Assembly (NCBI GenBank): GCA_023229175.1
Contig: JALNZV010000007.1
Coordinates: 18,550-82,549, forward strand
DNA: 64,000 nucleotides
Origin: Tissierellaceae bacterium
GTDB lineage: Bacteria > Bacillota > Clostridia > Tissierellales > Tissierellaceae
Direction: 5' to 3'
Shown here: piece after piece, positions 51,126 through 60,305 of the stretch
Numbering within the stretch: position 1 is the first letter of the stretch
Layout: each line of letters opens with the position of its first letter
Translations under genes and position numbers: made by a program
Notes under the pieces: model-generated
Databases searched by the model: none
The model's input: the letters and a program-made list of their open reading frames with translations, nothing else
What the model was told of the DNA's origin: nothing

Positions 51126-52022
51126 GTGAATAGAAAAATAAAGTTTTTGTCAATCATAATAATCATTAGTATATTACTATTGAGCATGGCAGGATGCAGC
51201 AGCGAAAAAGAAGGAGATGTAGTTAGGGTAGGAGGAAAAAACTTCTCAGAGCAATATATTATGGCAGACATGCTGAGAATATTAATAGAGGAAAAAGCAG
51301 GTCTAGAAACTACTATGACGACAAACTTAGCAGGAAATGTACTATTTGATGCCATAAAATCAGATCAAGTAGATTTATACCTAGAGTATACAGGCACTGG
51401 ATTAGTAAATCTGGGGAGAGAAACCATATACGATCCAGACGAAGTATATAGAAGTGTAAAAGAGGGATTTGAAGAAGAATTACAAATAAAATGGTTGGAA
51501 CCCTATGGTTTTAACAATACTTATGCAATGGTAGTCACAAAGGAAACAGCAGAAAAATATAATTTGAAGACAATATCGGACATGGCAGCAGTTGGAGAAG
51601 AAATGGATTTAGGCTGTACTTATATATTTACTGAAAGAGATGACGGTTATCCAGGCCTTAGCAAACACTACGATTTTGAATTTAATGATGTCATAGGAAT
51701 GGATCCAGCTCTTATGTATCAGGCTTTAGTCCAAGGCAGTGTAGATGTAATCAGTGCTTTTGCAACAGAAGGAAGAATATCCGCCTTTGATTTAGTAATA
51801 TTAGAAGACGATAAACAATTCTTCCCGCCATACGATGCAGCACCTATAGTGAGAATGGACTTACTGGAAAAACATCCAGAAATAGAAGAAATATTAAATC
51901 TATTAGCAAACAAAATCGACGACATAAAAATGGCCGAACTAAATGCAGCAGTAGACTTAGATAAGAGAGAACCAGAAGACGTAGCACGAGACTTCCTTAT
52001 AGAATTAGGTCTAATAGATTAA
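51126..52022 (+). CDS. Glycine betaine/osmoprotectant ABC substrate-binding lipoprotein
   Basis: Lipobox MAGC with OpuCC-like motifs (EQYIMADM, YLEYTGTG, FFPPYDAAPIV). GTG start. Confidence 0.88.
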   Translation: MNRKIKFLSIIIIISILLLSMAGCSSEKEGDVVRVGGKNFSEQYIMADMLRILIEEKAGLETTMTTNLAGNVLFDAIKSDQVDLYLEYTGTGLVNLGRETIYDPDEVYRSVKEGFEEELQIKWLEPYGFNNTYAMVVTKETAEKYNLKTISDMAAVGEEMDLGCTYIFTERDDGYPGLSKHYDFEFNDVIGMDPALMYQALVQGSVDVISAFATEGRISAFDLVILEDDKQFFPPYDAAPIVRMDLLEKHPEIEEILNLLANKIDDIKMAELNAAVDLDKREPEDVARDFLIELGLID

Positions 52023-52083
52023 TATATAAATAAATATATAGATAAGTATAGAGATAAATATATAGATAAATAGAATAGTAAAT

Positions 52084-52111
52084 AAAAGCCCGCCTGAAAA
52101 GGCGGGTTTTT
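52084..52111 (+). terminator. Rho-independent terminator
   Basis: Hairpin aaaagcccgcc-tgaaaa-ggcgggttttt. Confidence 0.88.
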
Positions 52112-52179
52112 AAAAAAACAATTGCCAGCAATCTATCTCTGATATAATATATAAGTAAGATGAAAAAAGGGAGGATATC

Positions 52180-53022
52180 ATGGATAGATTATCATTAGAA
52201 GCGAGAATAAATGCAGAAGTATATAATTACAGCGGTAAAATAGGGCTATATGCCAACGATTTCAAGGGAAATGTAATAGAAATCAACTCAGAAGACAAAT
52301 TTGAGACAGCCAGTACCATAAAATCCTATATATTAGCAGAATTCTATAGACAAGTATATGAAAAGAAAATCGATAGAAATAAAGTACTAAAATACGAAAA
52401 AGAGAATTTTGTAGTAGGAAGTGGAGTACTTAGGGACCTAGATTTTGGAGTTGAAATGACAGCCAAAAGCTTTGCAACCCTAATGATAGTCATCAGCGAT
52501 AATATAGCTACGAATATAATGATAGACCTACTGGGAATTGACAATATAAATAATACCATACGCGATTTGGGACTTAATGATACAGTATTGCACAACAAAA
52601 TAGACTTTGAAAAATACAGTCAATTAGGAACTACTACTCCAAAGGACTACGGAAAGCTTTTTGAACTGATTTACAAAAAAGAACTGTGGAGTCCTGAGCT
52701 ATCTGAAGAAATGCTAGAAATATTTAAGAACCAGCATTATAACACAATGCTTACAAGAAACTTGCCCCAATATTTCTTAGACTCAGAAAATACTGGAGAT
52801 GAAGAATTGATATACATAGCATCCAAAAGCGGTAGCATGGATGCCTGTAGAAATGACGGTGGAATAGTAAATACTCCAGGAGGAGGATATATAATAACCT
52901 TATTCACAAAAGAATTTGTAGATAATCTATATTACAATGAGCACGAATCTTATAGATTTGGCGGAAAAGTAAGCAGATTGATGTTCGACCAATTTATATC
53001 ACTTGGCGGGTCTTTTAAATAA
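52180..53022 (+). CDS. Class A beta-lactamase-family serine hydrolase (no signal peptide seen)
   Basis: Motifs ASTIKSY (SxxK), SDN and KSG. Confidence 0.75.
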   Translation: MDRLSLEARINAEVYNYSGKIGLYANDFKGNVIEINSEDKFETASTIKSYILAEFYRQVYEKKIDRNKVLKYEKENFVVGSGVLRDLDFGVEMTAKSFATLMIVISDNIATNIMIDLLGIDNINNTIRDLGLNDTVLHNKIDFEKYSQLGTTTPKDYGKLFELIYKKELWSPELSEEMLEIFKNQHYNTMLTRNLPQYFLDSENTGDEELIYIASKSGSMDACRNDGGIVNTPGGGYIITLFTKEFVDNLYYNEHESYRFGGKVSRLMFDQFISLGGSFK

Positions 53023-53040
53023 ATCAAAAGGGGGAGTATC

Positions 53041-53760
53041 ATGAAACCTATAATAGGGATTACAACATTTGAAGAACAGTCAAAGGGGTACCACACTGTA
53101 AAAAGCACATATATAAATGCAGTATTTGCAGCGGGAGGAATACCAATTAATATCCCCATAATCAAGGACGAAGAGGATTATGAGACTTATGTAAATCTGG
53201 TGGATGGCATAATATTCACAGGAGGCCTGGATATTTCCCCCCTCACATATGGGGAAAATCCAGTAAAGGAAATTAATCTAATGTCATCCCGAAGAGACGA
53301 ATATGAGTTGGGATTATTTAAAAAAGTTTATGAAATGAAAAAGCCCATACTGGGAATATGCAGAGGTAGCCAATTGATGAATGTCGCCCTAGGCGGCAGC
53401 CTATATCAGGACATCAATACACAAGTGCAAGAAGCCCTAGGCCATGCCCCTAAATCTATGGAAGCTGATGAATTTTTCCATTGGATAAATATAGAAAGAA
53501 ATAGTCAACTTTACGAAATATTTGGGAAAGACAAGATACAGGTCAACTCATTTCACCATCAGGCAATAAAAGAATTGGGAAAAGATCTGAAAGTAATCGC
53601 CCTTTCAGAAGATGGCATAATAGAAGGGATACAAGGAACAAAAGAAGGATTTGTATTGGGCGTTCAATTTCATCCTGAAGCCCTTTCACCCCGCTACCCC
53701 GAATATCTAAAGATATTTGAGGAGTTAATCACTGCGTCGAAGAAAAACAAATCGTCCTAA
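53041..53760 (+). CDS. Gamma-glutamyl-gamma-aminobutyrate hydrolase family (peptidase C26, class I glutamine amidotransferase-like)
   Basis: Motifs ILGICRGSQLMN (nucleophile Cys), NSFHHQAI and QFHPE. Confidence 0.85.
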   Translation: MKPIIGITTFEEQSKGYHTVKSTYINAVFAAGGIPINIPIIKDEEDYETYVNLVDGIIFTGGLDISPLTYGENPVKEINLMSSRRDEYELGLFKKVYEMKKPILGICRGSQLMNVALGGSLYQDINTQVQEALGHAPKSMEADEFFHWINIERNSQLYEIFGKDKIQVNSFHHQAIKELGKDLKVIALSEDGIIEGIQGTKEGFVLGVQFHPEALSPRYPEYLKIFEELITASKKNKSS

Positions 53761-53777
53761 ATATTTGGAGGGATCTA

Positions 53778-54917
53778 ATGAGAAATACGTGGTTGGAAAT
53801 AAATTTAGATAATATTAAATACAATTTACAGAGAGCACGGGAATTAATAGGTCCTAAAATAAAGATAGCAGCAGTACTAAAGGCAAATGCCTATGGGCAC
53901 GGTTCAGTATACACGGCAAAGGCCTTAATAGAAGAGGGAATAGATATGTTAGCTGTTGCCTGTTTATCTGAGGCCATTGAACTTAGAAGGGAATACACCA
54001 ATATACCCATATTGATTATGGGATTTACCGAAGATGAGCACCTTAGAATAGCCGCTCAGAAGAATATCACCTTGACCATATTCAGCCTTGAACAAGCTAA
54101 GCTATTATCAGATATAGGGAAAGAAATAAATAAGAATATTAAAATCCATATAAAAGTAAATACTGGAATGAATAGAATAGGATTTAGAGCCAATAAAGAG
54201 ACAATAAACACTATAGAAGAGATACATTCATTTGGTAATATAATAATAGAGGGGATATTTAGTCACCTTGCATTAAAAAATGCTGATACAGATAGAGAAC
54301 AATTTGAAATATTTATGGAAATAGTAAAAAAACTGGAATCAAGAGGCATCTTCATAGAATTAAAACACATATGTGATGGTATTGGCATGGTTTATTACCC
54401 TGACTACCGATTAGATATGGTTAGAATAGGTTCATTTATATACGGTGGTCAAACCCTAAAAAAGGAAGCTGAGCCCCTTAGATTGGCCATGACATTTAAG
54501 ACGAAAATATCCCAAGTAAAGGAAATAGAAAAGGGAGAGGGCGTAGGCTATGATTACGACTTTGTTGCCCCTGACAAATGTATAGTTGGTACGCTGCCAG
54601 TGGGTTATGCAGATGGATATATGAGGTGTCTTACGGGAAAAGGAGAAGTAATCGTAAGGGGAAAAAGAGCATCAGTCATCGGAAAAATATGTATGGATCA
54701 GCTTATGATAGATTTGACTAATATACCAGAGGCAAAGCCGGGGGATGAAGCAATCCTATTGGGAGGATATCCAGGACCATCCATTCCGTTAGCAGAGCTG
54801 GCTGAAAAGGCAAATACAAATAAAAATGAAATCCTCAGTATAATAAGCAGAAGAGTACCTAGGATATATACAGAGGACCACAAAAACGTTGCACAGGTCG
54901 ATTATTTATTGGACTAA
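53778..54917 (+). CDS. alr: Alanine racemase
   Basis: Motifs AVLKANAYGHG (PLP lysine), RIGFR and GYADGY. Confidence 0.92.
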   Translation: MRNTWLEINLDNIKYNLQRARELIGPKIKIAAVLKANAYGHGSVYTAKALIEEGIDMLAVACLSEAIELRREYTNIPILIMGFTEDEHLRIAAQKNITLTIFSLEQAKLLSDIGKEINKNIKIHIKVNTGMNRIGFRANKETINTIEEIHSFGNIIIEGIFSHLALKNADTDREQFEIFMEIVKKLESRGIFIELKHICDGIGMVYYPDYRLDMVRIGSFIYGGQTLKKEAEPLRLAMTFKTKISQVKEIEKGEGVGYDYDFVAPDKCIVGTLPVGYADGYMRCLTGKGEVIVRGKRASVIGKICMDQLMIDLTNIPEAKPGDEAILLGGYPGPSIPLAELAEKANTNKNEILSIISRRVPRIYTEDHKNVAQVDYLLD

Positions 54918-54920
54918 ACT

Positions 54921-54950
54921 AAAACCCTTGAGTAAATTCTCAGGGGTTTT
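54921..54950 (+). terminator. Rho-independent terminator
   Basis: Hairpin aaaacccttgag-taaatt-ctcaggggtttt. Confidence 0.8.
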
Positions 54951-55041
54951 CCAATTAATCTTGTAAAACCTTGATTTTTTGAGTCAAAAGATAGATAATA
55001 AAAAGGTATATATATTTACATAAGAGAAAAGAGGAATCAAA

Positions 55042-56388
55042 ATGAAAGAATACAATATGTTAGAAGATAATCCGGGGAAATCCCTTTTATTTTTTGCCTT
55101 GCCAATGATAATAGGAAATCTATTTCAACAATTTTACAATATGGCCGACTCTATAATAGTAGGTAAATTCGTCAGTGAAGATGCCTTGGCAGCCGTAGGA
55201 GCATCCTACTCCTTGACTACGGTATTTATAATGATAGCCATAGGCGGCGGTATAGGATCTGCTGTTATCATATCCCAGTACTTGGGGGCAAGAGAATACG
55301 AGAAGATGAAAACATCCATATATACTGCTTTGATAAGTTTCTTTGCAGTCAGCGTGCTAATGTTTGTCTTTGGGCTAATGGCAAATAAAAAGTTGCTGAC
55401 TATGTTAAATACTCCTGCAAACATATTTGACGATGCGGCCCTATACCTAAGAATTTATTTCATGGGTTTACCATTTTTATTTATGTACAATATATTGTCC
55501 TCAATATTTAATTCATTGGGAAAGTCGAGAATACCACTATATTTTCTAATATTTTCATCCCTATTAAATATAGCCCTCGACCTATATATGGTCATAGTAC
55601 TAAAAATGGGCGTAGCAGGCGTGGCCATAGCCACAGTCATTGCACAGGGAATATCTGCAGTTATATTATTTTTAGTATTGTTAAGGACCATGGAGTTATA
55701 TAAAATTGAATCGGAAAGAGTCGGTTTGTTCAATATTCAAATGCTCAAAAAAATGGTTACCATAGCATTGCCATCGATTTTGCAACAGTCTATAGTATCC
55801 ATAGGAATGGTAATAGTTCAATCCGTAGTAAATAGTTTTGGGTCCTCAGTATTAGCAGGGTATTCTGCGGCTACGAGAATAGAAAGTATAAGCATAGTGC
55901 CCATGATAGCCATGGGAAACGCCATATCTACATTTACAGCACAAAACCTAGGAGCGGGACAGCAAAATAGGGTAGAAGAGGGATACAAAGCAGGATATAA
56001 AATAATTATTTCCATGGCAATAATCCTTGGGTTAATTATTGCCCTATTCTATAGACCGATTATCTCCATATTCTTAAATGTAAAAAGCGGCACTGAGGCA
56101 TTTTATACGGGAATAAATTATTTAAAGTTTATAGGATATTTCCTTGTATTCCTGGGATTGAAAGCTATTACAGATGGGGTGTTGCGTGGAGCAGGAGACA
56201 TGACCTTATTTACCATATCAAATTTAGTGAATTTAAGTATTAGGGTTGTAATAGCCTTTAGATTTGCCCATATTTGGGGAGTGCAGGCAATTTGGTACGC
56301 AATACCAATGGGATGGGCTGCTAACTACATTATTTCATATATCTATTACCTTACAGGAAAATGGCAGCATAAAAGTATAATGATTTAG
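55042..56388 (+). CDS. MATE family efflux transporter
   Basis: 448 aa, 12 TM helices, with the N-terminal motif PMIIGNLFQQFYNMADSIIVGKF. Confidence 0.9.
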   Translation: MKEYNMLEDNPGKSLLFFALPMIIGNLFQQFYNMADSIIVGKFVSEDALAAVGASYSLTTVFIMIAIGGGIGSAVIISQYLGAREYEKMKTSIYTALISFFAVSVLMFVFGLMANKKLLTMLNTPANIFDDAALYLRIYFMGLPFLFMYNILSSIFNSLGKSRIPLYFLIFSSLLNIALDLYMVIVLKMGVAGVAIATVIAQGISAVILFLVLLRTMELYKIESERVGLFNIQMLKKMVTIALPSILQQSIVSIGMVIVQSVVNSFGSSVLAGYSAATRIESISIVPMIAMGNAISTFTAQNLGAGQQNRVEEGYKAGYKIIISMAIILGLIIALFYRPIISIFLNVKSGTEAFYTGINYLKFIGYFLVFLGLKAITDGVLRGAGDMTLFTISNLVNLSIRVVIAFRFAHIWGVQAIWYAIPMGWAANYIISYIYYLTGKWQHKSIMI

Positions 56389-56424
56389 CAGCTAATAAAC
56401 GTAACCATGTAAACCATAAGAACA

Positions 56425-56469
56425 AAATAATTAGTTGTGAATATATTATTATTGAACAACTAATTATTT
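56425..56469. promoter_or_regulatory. Perfect 13-bp inverted repeat abutting the SD of the LysM gene
   Basis: Arms aaataattagttg (56425-56437) and caactaattattt (56457-56469) with a 19-nt AT loop. Confidence 0.4.
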
Positions 56470-56483
56470 AAGGAGGAAAGCTT

Positions 56484-57080
56484 ATGGTTTTAAATAAAAT
56501 GTCATGTCCGCCAAATTCAATGCCATATACAATAAAAGCAGGAGATACCTTTTTCTCTATTGCAGGAACATTTGGAATATCCCTAGACGCCATTTTGGCA
56601 GCAAATCCTGGGGTAGATCCTAATAGGTTATTTATAGGTCAGGTTATCTGTGTTCCAACACCTGGACCAGGACCGGGACCATCACCAGGACCTAGCCCTT
56701 GCCCAACACTTAGGGTAGGTAGCAGGGGGGCATCTGTCACACAACTGCAAACATTGCTGAGAAATGCAGGCTTCGACCCAGGACCCATAGATGGAATCTT
56801 TGGCACTAGAACTCAGGCAGCTGTAATAGCATTTCAAAGAAGCAGAGGACTAGTACCAGATGGGATAGTAGGTATCAATACTTGGACTGCACTGGGTGTA
56901 CAATGTGCTCCTAGTACCACATGTCCACAGGGCACCTTTGCTTATACTATTCGCTCTGGCGATACCTTATATTTTTTAAGTATTAGATACCACACCACTG
57001 TAGATGCCATCATGAGGGCAAATCCAGGTATCAATCCAAATAACCTGCAAGTTGGGCAAGTAATCTGTATACCAAATTAA
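56484..57080 (+). CDS. LysM / PG_binding_1 / LysM peptidoglycan-binding protein without a signal peptide
   Basis: Two LysM repeats (YTIKAGDTFFSIAG...GQVICVP and YTIRSGDTLYFLSI...GQVICIP) flank a PGBD1 domain (LQTLLRNAGFDPGPIDGIFGTRTQAAVIAFQ). A PGPGPGPSPGPSP linker is present. Confidence 0.85.
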   Translation: MVLNKMSCPPNSMPYTIKAGDTFFSIAGTFGISLDAILAANPGVDPNRLFIGQVICVPTPGPGPGPSPGPSPCPTLRVGSRGASVTQLQTLLRNAGFDPGPIDGIFGTRTQAAVIAFQRSRGLVPDGIVGINTWTALGVQCAPSTTCPQGTFAYTIRSGDTLYFLSIRYHTTVDAIMRANPGINPNNLQVGQVICIPN

Positions 57081-57106
57081 AATAATGTAAAATAATACTC
57101 CATAAT

Positions 57107-57949
57107 TTACGAATGTAAAGTATGGAGTATTTTTTCAATTAAAATCCCTTCTCTTTTAAGATAATCATATTTACAACTTTCTTTAATTCCATTTAGTATA
57201 AAGTTTACACTTTTATTTAGTGCAGTTTCAAGGCTATCATTCATTAATAAACTGCCAATAATTACACTGGTAAAAGCATCCCCTGTACCTAAGAAATTTA
57301 CATTGATGTAATCAGTTCTTACATTTAAAAATAAATCTTTAGACTTATCATATGCGTATACATTAATTTTATCATTACTCGAAATATCAGGTACACTAGT
57401 TATTATTACAATATCAGGGCCAAGATTAGATAATTTGAGCAGTATTTCCTTGATTTCAGATTCGGTGAAATTAGAAGAATATTCTTCGCCAAGCAAATAG
57501 ATAGCTTCTGTAAGATTAGGTGTGATAATATCTGCCTTGGAAACCAAAATCCTAATTTTTTCAACAAGATCCTTATTAATAGTAGGGTAAAGTTTACCTT
57601 CATCACCTAAAACAGGGTCAACCACAAGCAAGGTAAATTCAGTTTTGAAACTTTCAATAAATTTTAAGATAATGTCTACTTGATTTCCAGAACCTAAAAA
57701 TCCGCTATAGATGCAATCAAATTTTACCTGAGTCTTTTTCCAGTGTAATAAATATTCTTCCATGGTAGTTGTCAAATCTACAAAAGAAAAGTCTTTGTAT
57801 CCAGCAGTATTACTTGATAATATGGCAGTAGGAAAAGGACATACTTGAATGCCCATACATGATAGAATTGGAATTACCGCAGAAAGCGATGATCTTCCTA
57901 ACCCAGATAAATCATGGATTGCGGCAACCTTTTTAACTGGATTTTCCAT
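57107..57949 (-). CDS. pdxK: Pyridoxamine/pyridoxal kinase
   Basis: N-terminus VAAIHDLSGLGRSSLSAVIPILS, plus ribokinase-fold motifs ITPNLTEA and LGTGDAFTS. Confidence 0.85.
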   Translation of the reverse strand: MENPVKKVAAIHDLSGLGRSSLSAVIPILSCMGIQVCPFPTAILSSNTAGYKDFSFVDLTTTMEEYLLHWKKTQVKFDCIYSGFLGSGNQVDIILKFIESFKTEFTLLVVDPVLGDEGKLYPTINKDLVEKIRILVSKADIITPNLTEAIYLLGEEYSSNFTESEIKEILLKLSNLGPDIVIITSVPDISSNDKINVYAYDKSKDLFLNVRTDYINVNFLGTGDAFTSVIIGSLLMNDSLETALNKSVNFILNGIKESCKYDYLKREGILIEKILHTLHS

Positions 57950-57963
57950 GACTCCACCTCTCC

Positions 57964-58890
57964 TTATTTTAATCTATATGTCATATAATTTTTGTAGTCA
58001 ATTACTTCAATATTTTTATCAGCAGATAATCTTTTTAAAAAATTGTCAATATCTTTATTGTTTCTTTTTTCTAGAAATGTTTTGAGCTCGAATTGATTCA
58101 TGGGATGTCTCTTGATAATACTGAGTATAGCTTTATAGTCGTCTTCAATTTCGCTATAAAAACCTTCTGACACTAACTTATCAATAGATATGCCACCTAA
58201 TATGGAAATAGCCTCATTTAGGCTTTCATTAGAAGGAGGTAGCACAAAAGATTCGGCAGGTGGACGAACAGGCACATTAAGATATAATCTTTCATAGTTG
58301 ATTTTTTTCAAGATATCCTTGAGCCTTAAATAAAAGTTTTTGTTGTCGTTGATACCTTTTATAATCATAGTTTCTATCCAAAGCTGACCTTTGAAATCTT
58401 TGGAAAAGTCAATTAGACCTTCAACCATATTGTCAAATGAAATATCTCCATGTGGTCTATTAATAGTTTTAAAAGTTGATTTATCAACGGCATCTAGAGA
58501 TGGCAGTACTATATCAGCCTCCAATAAATCATCTCTTATGGATGGAATACTTAATAAAGCACCATTTGTTATTATAGCTATAGGTTTATCAGTGAATTTC
58601 TTTAGTTCCCTAATTAAATTACCTATTCCAAGATATAAAAGAGGTTCACCTTCACCTACTATGGTAATTACATCGAAATCAATGTCTTTGATAAGATACT
58701 TCTTAAACTCGCCGATAATACTCGAGAGTTCAAAAAAAGCAATCTGCTGATTAACCATTTTTTTTGTACGACCTAGTTGACAATATATACAAGAATAATT
58801 ACAATGGCCTTTAGGTATTGGACTGATGCCTAAAGATAATCCCATTCTCCTTGAAGGAACAGGACCATAGACATAATAAAAAGTTGACAT
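57964..58890 (-). CDS. Radical SAM protein (COG0731-like) with a C-terminal winged-helix-like tail
   Basis: Motifs YGPVPSRRMGLSLGI and CNYSCIYCQLG (CxxxCxxC). Confidence 0.75.
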   Translation of the reverse strand: MSTFYYVYGPVPSRRMGLSLGISPIPKGHCNYSCIYCQLGRTKKMVNQQIAFFELSSIIGEFKKYLIKDIDFDVITIVGEGEPLLYLGIGNLIRELKKFTDKPIAIITNGALLSIPSIRDDLLEADIVLPSLDAVDKSTFKTINRPHGDISFDNMVEGLIDFSKDFKGQLWIETMIIKGINDNKNFYLRLKDILKKINYERLYLNVPVRPPAESFVLPPSNESLNEAISILGGISIDKLVSEGFYSEIEDDYKAILSIIKRHPMNQFELKTFLEKRNNKDIDNFLKRLSADKNIEVIDYKNYMTYRLK

Positions 58891-59026
58891 ATAAACACCT
58901 CCGATTCAAAATGTACCAGTACAGTAATTATTGTGTACCCATCTTCTTCAAGTATACAATATTTAACTATAAAAAGTCAACTATTTCCAATCAAATAAGA
59001 TGATACTAACTATCATATGGTAATGG

Positions 59027-59055
59027 TTGTCAATTGATAACAAATAAGATATAAT
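59027..59055 (+). promoter_or_regulatory. Sigma-A-type promoter for the KaiC-like gene
   Basis: TTGTCA, 17 nt spacer, TATAAT. Confidence 0.5.
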
Positions 59056-59123
59056 AGAAACACACCTGCTAAAATTATATCAAACAGCCAAACTACATAA
59101 TAAAAAAATATGGAGGGATAGTT

Positions 59124-59888
59124 TTGAAAAATCTTAAACTAGAAGAAAAATGGCTAAATGATATGATTCCGCAAGGATTACCATATCCAAGTTCCACATT
59201 GATAAGTGGACCAGGTGGTACAGGCAAACCATTAATAGGATTTGCTTTTATCTACAATTGGCTAAGGAATGGAGGGAAAGTAATATTTGTTGCATTACAA
59301 TACCCTGATACTAGATTTGTAAGGGAAACCTTAGAAAAATTATATAATCTAAATATGGACCATTATCAAGAACGAGTGGTATATGTTCAAGCAGATTTTG
59401 AGTCTGAAGAAATGAAGGTCTTAGATGGAAATATAATAAATGTTAATCTTGCCAAGCCAGAAGTATGGCAAGAGGTAATAGATAAAGCAGAAGGCATAAT
59501 GGTTTCATCTGATGAGCAGGAGACATTAGGTACTATGGTATTTGCTGCAGCTTTAAATTTATTGCTATTTTCTCCCACATATAAAGATGTACATTTAAAA
59601 AATCTAGAAAGTTTTTTGAAAGCAAATGATGAGAAATCATACTTATTCACAGTTAGTACCACTATGTTTAAGGAAGAAATAGAAAGGTTAGAAAAGGCTG
59701 CTGACAATTTAATGTTTGCTGAGATGGGTGAGGAGATGCAGATGTATTTGGGAATTGAACGAATGGCAAATCAGGACATTGTATTAAATGAAAGGGAGGT
59801 ACCATTTGCCAAAGAGTTGCTTACGGAAATTAAGGAGATTGCCGACTACTCAAGGAAAAAGGTAATCCCAACTCTAAAAAAGATTTAA
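59124..59888 (+). CDS. KaiC/RecA-superfamily ATPase-like protein with degenerate Walker motifs
   Basis: The P-loop-like sequence SGPGGTGKPL has Pro in place of Ser/Thr after the Lys, and no clear hhhhD Walker B is visible. TTG start after a GGAGGG SD. Confidence 0.6.
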   Translation: MKNLKLEEKWLNDMIPQGLPYPSSTLISGPGGTGKPLIGFAFIYNWLRNGGKVIFVALQYPDTRFVRETLEKLYNLNMDHYQERVVYVQADFESEEMKVLDGNIINVNLAKPEVWQEVIDKAEGIMVSSDEQETLGTMVFAAALNLLLFSPTYKDVHLKNLESFLKANDEKSYLFTVSTTMFKEEIERLEKAADNLMFAEMGEEMQMYLGIERMANQDIVLNEREVPFAKELLTEIKEIADYSRKKVIPTLKKI

Positions 59889-59910
59889 TTTAAATTGACT
59901 AGGGGACACA

Positions 59911-60016
59911 CCCTTGACACAAAAGTAAAACCTACTATAATATACTAGTGTCAAGTATCACAAGAATTTTATGGGGGTAGATGGGTGCTGGTGTGCCCAC
60001 TGGTCTTCAAAACCAG
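59911..60016 (+). repeat. Direct repeat copy A: selC promoter plus the 5' half of tRNA-Sec (through the 3' side of the anticodon stem). A truncated, non-functional tRNA copy.
   Basis: 104 of 106 nt identical to 61952-62057. Identity ends right after ...CTTCAAAACCAG. Confidence 0.9.
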
Positions 60017-60143
60017 TATGACACCCTATAAACGTTGAAAAACAGCTAAATAAAAACGGCAAGAGAGGCTAAAAACCCAACTTTGACACACAATTGACAC
60101 ACCAACGACACAACGAAAAATTAATATATATTTTAATACATAA

Positions 60144-60170
60144 CCCGTCTTGTAAAAGGCGGGATTTTTT
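60144..60170 (+). terminator. Intrinsic terminator downstream of the truncated tRNA-Sec copy
   Basis: Stem CCCGTC-ttgtaaaa-GGCGGG followed by attttttatt. Confidence 0.65.
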
Positions 60171-60305
60171 ATTGTCATCCTGAGACCCACACTGTCATTC
60201 CGAGTGAAACGAGGAATCTTATCTTTTGTCGATATAACCATTTACAAAACGAATGATATATGTCAGACTATAATCGTTCAATTAATGAAGGATACAAGAG
60301 AATAG

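Noticed and set aside
52023-52080. Tandem-like repeat ATAAATATATAGATAA (52030-52045 and 52054-52069) after the opu operon
   Set aside because: This is a short, AT-only, low-complexity duplication in an intergenic spacer. It has no array structure (only 2 copies) and is not CRISPR-like.
56650-56700. CCAGGACC/GGACC repeats, considered as a DNA microsatellite or contingency locus
   Set aside because: This is simply the coding sequence of a short Pro-Gly-Ser linker (PGPGPGPSPGPSP). The repeats are imperfect and in frame.
57849-58085. ORF 57849-58085 (+) spanning the pdxK / radical SAM junction
   Set aside because: It lies antisense across two well-supported minus-strand genes and their intergenic SD region.
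59974-60025. A second functional tRNA-Sec gene
   Set aside because: This copy has only the acceptor 5' strand, the D arm and the anticodon arm. The variable arm, T arm and 3' acceptor/CCA are missing.
60026-60241. ORF 60026-60241 (-) within the selC islet
   Set aside because: It spans the terminator and the repeat motifs, has no SD, and its translation has no recognisable features.
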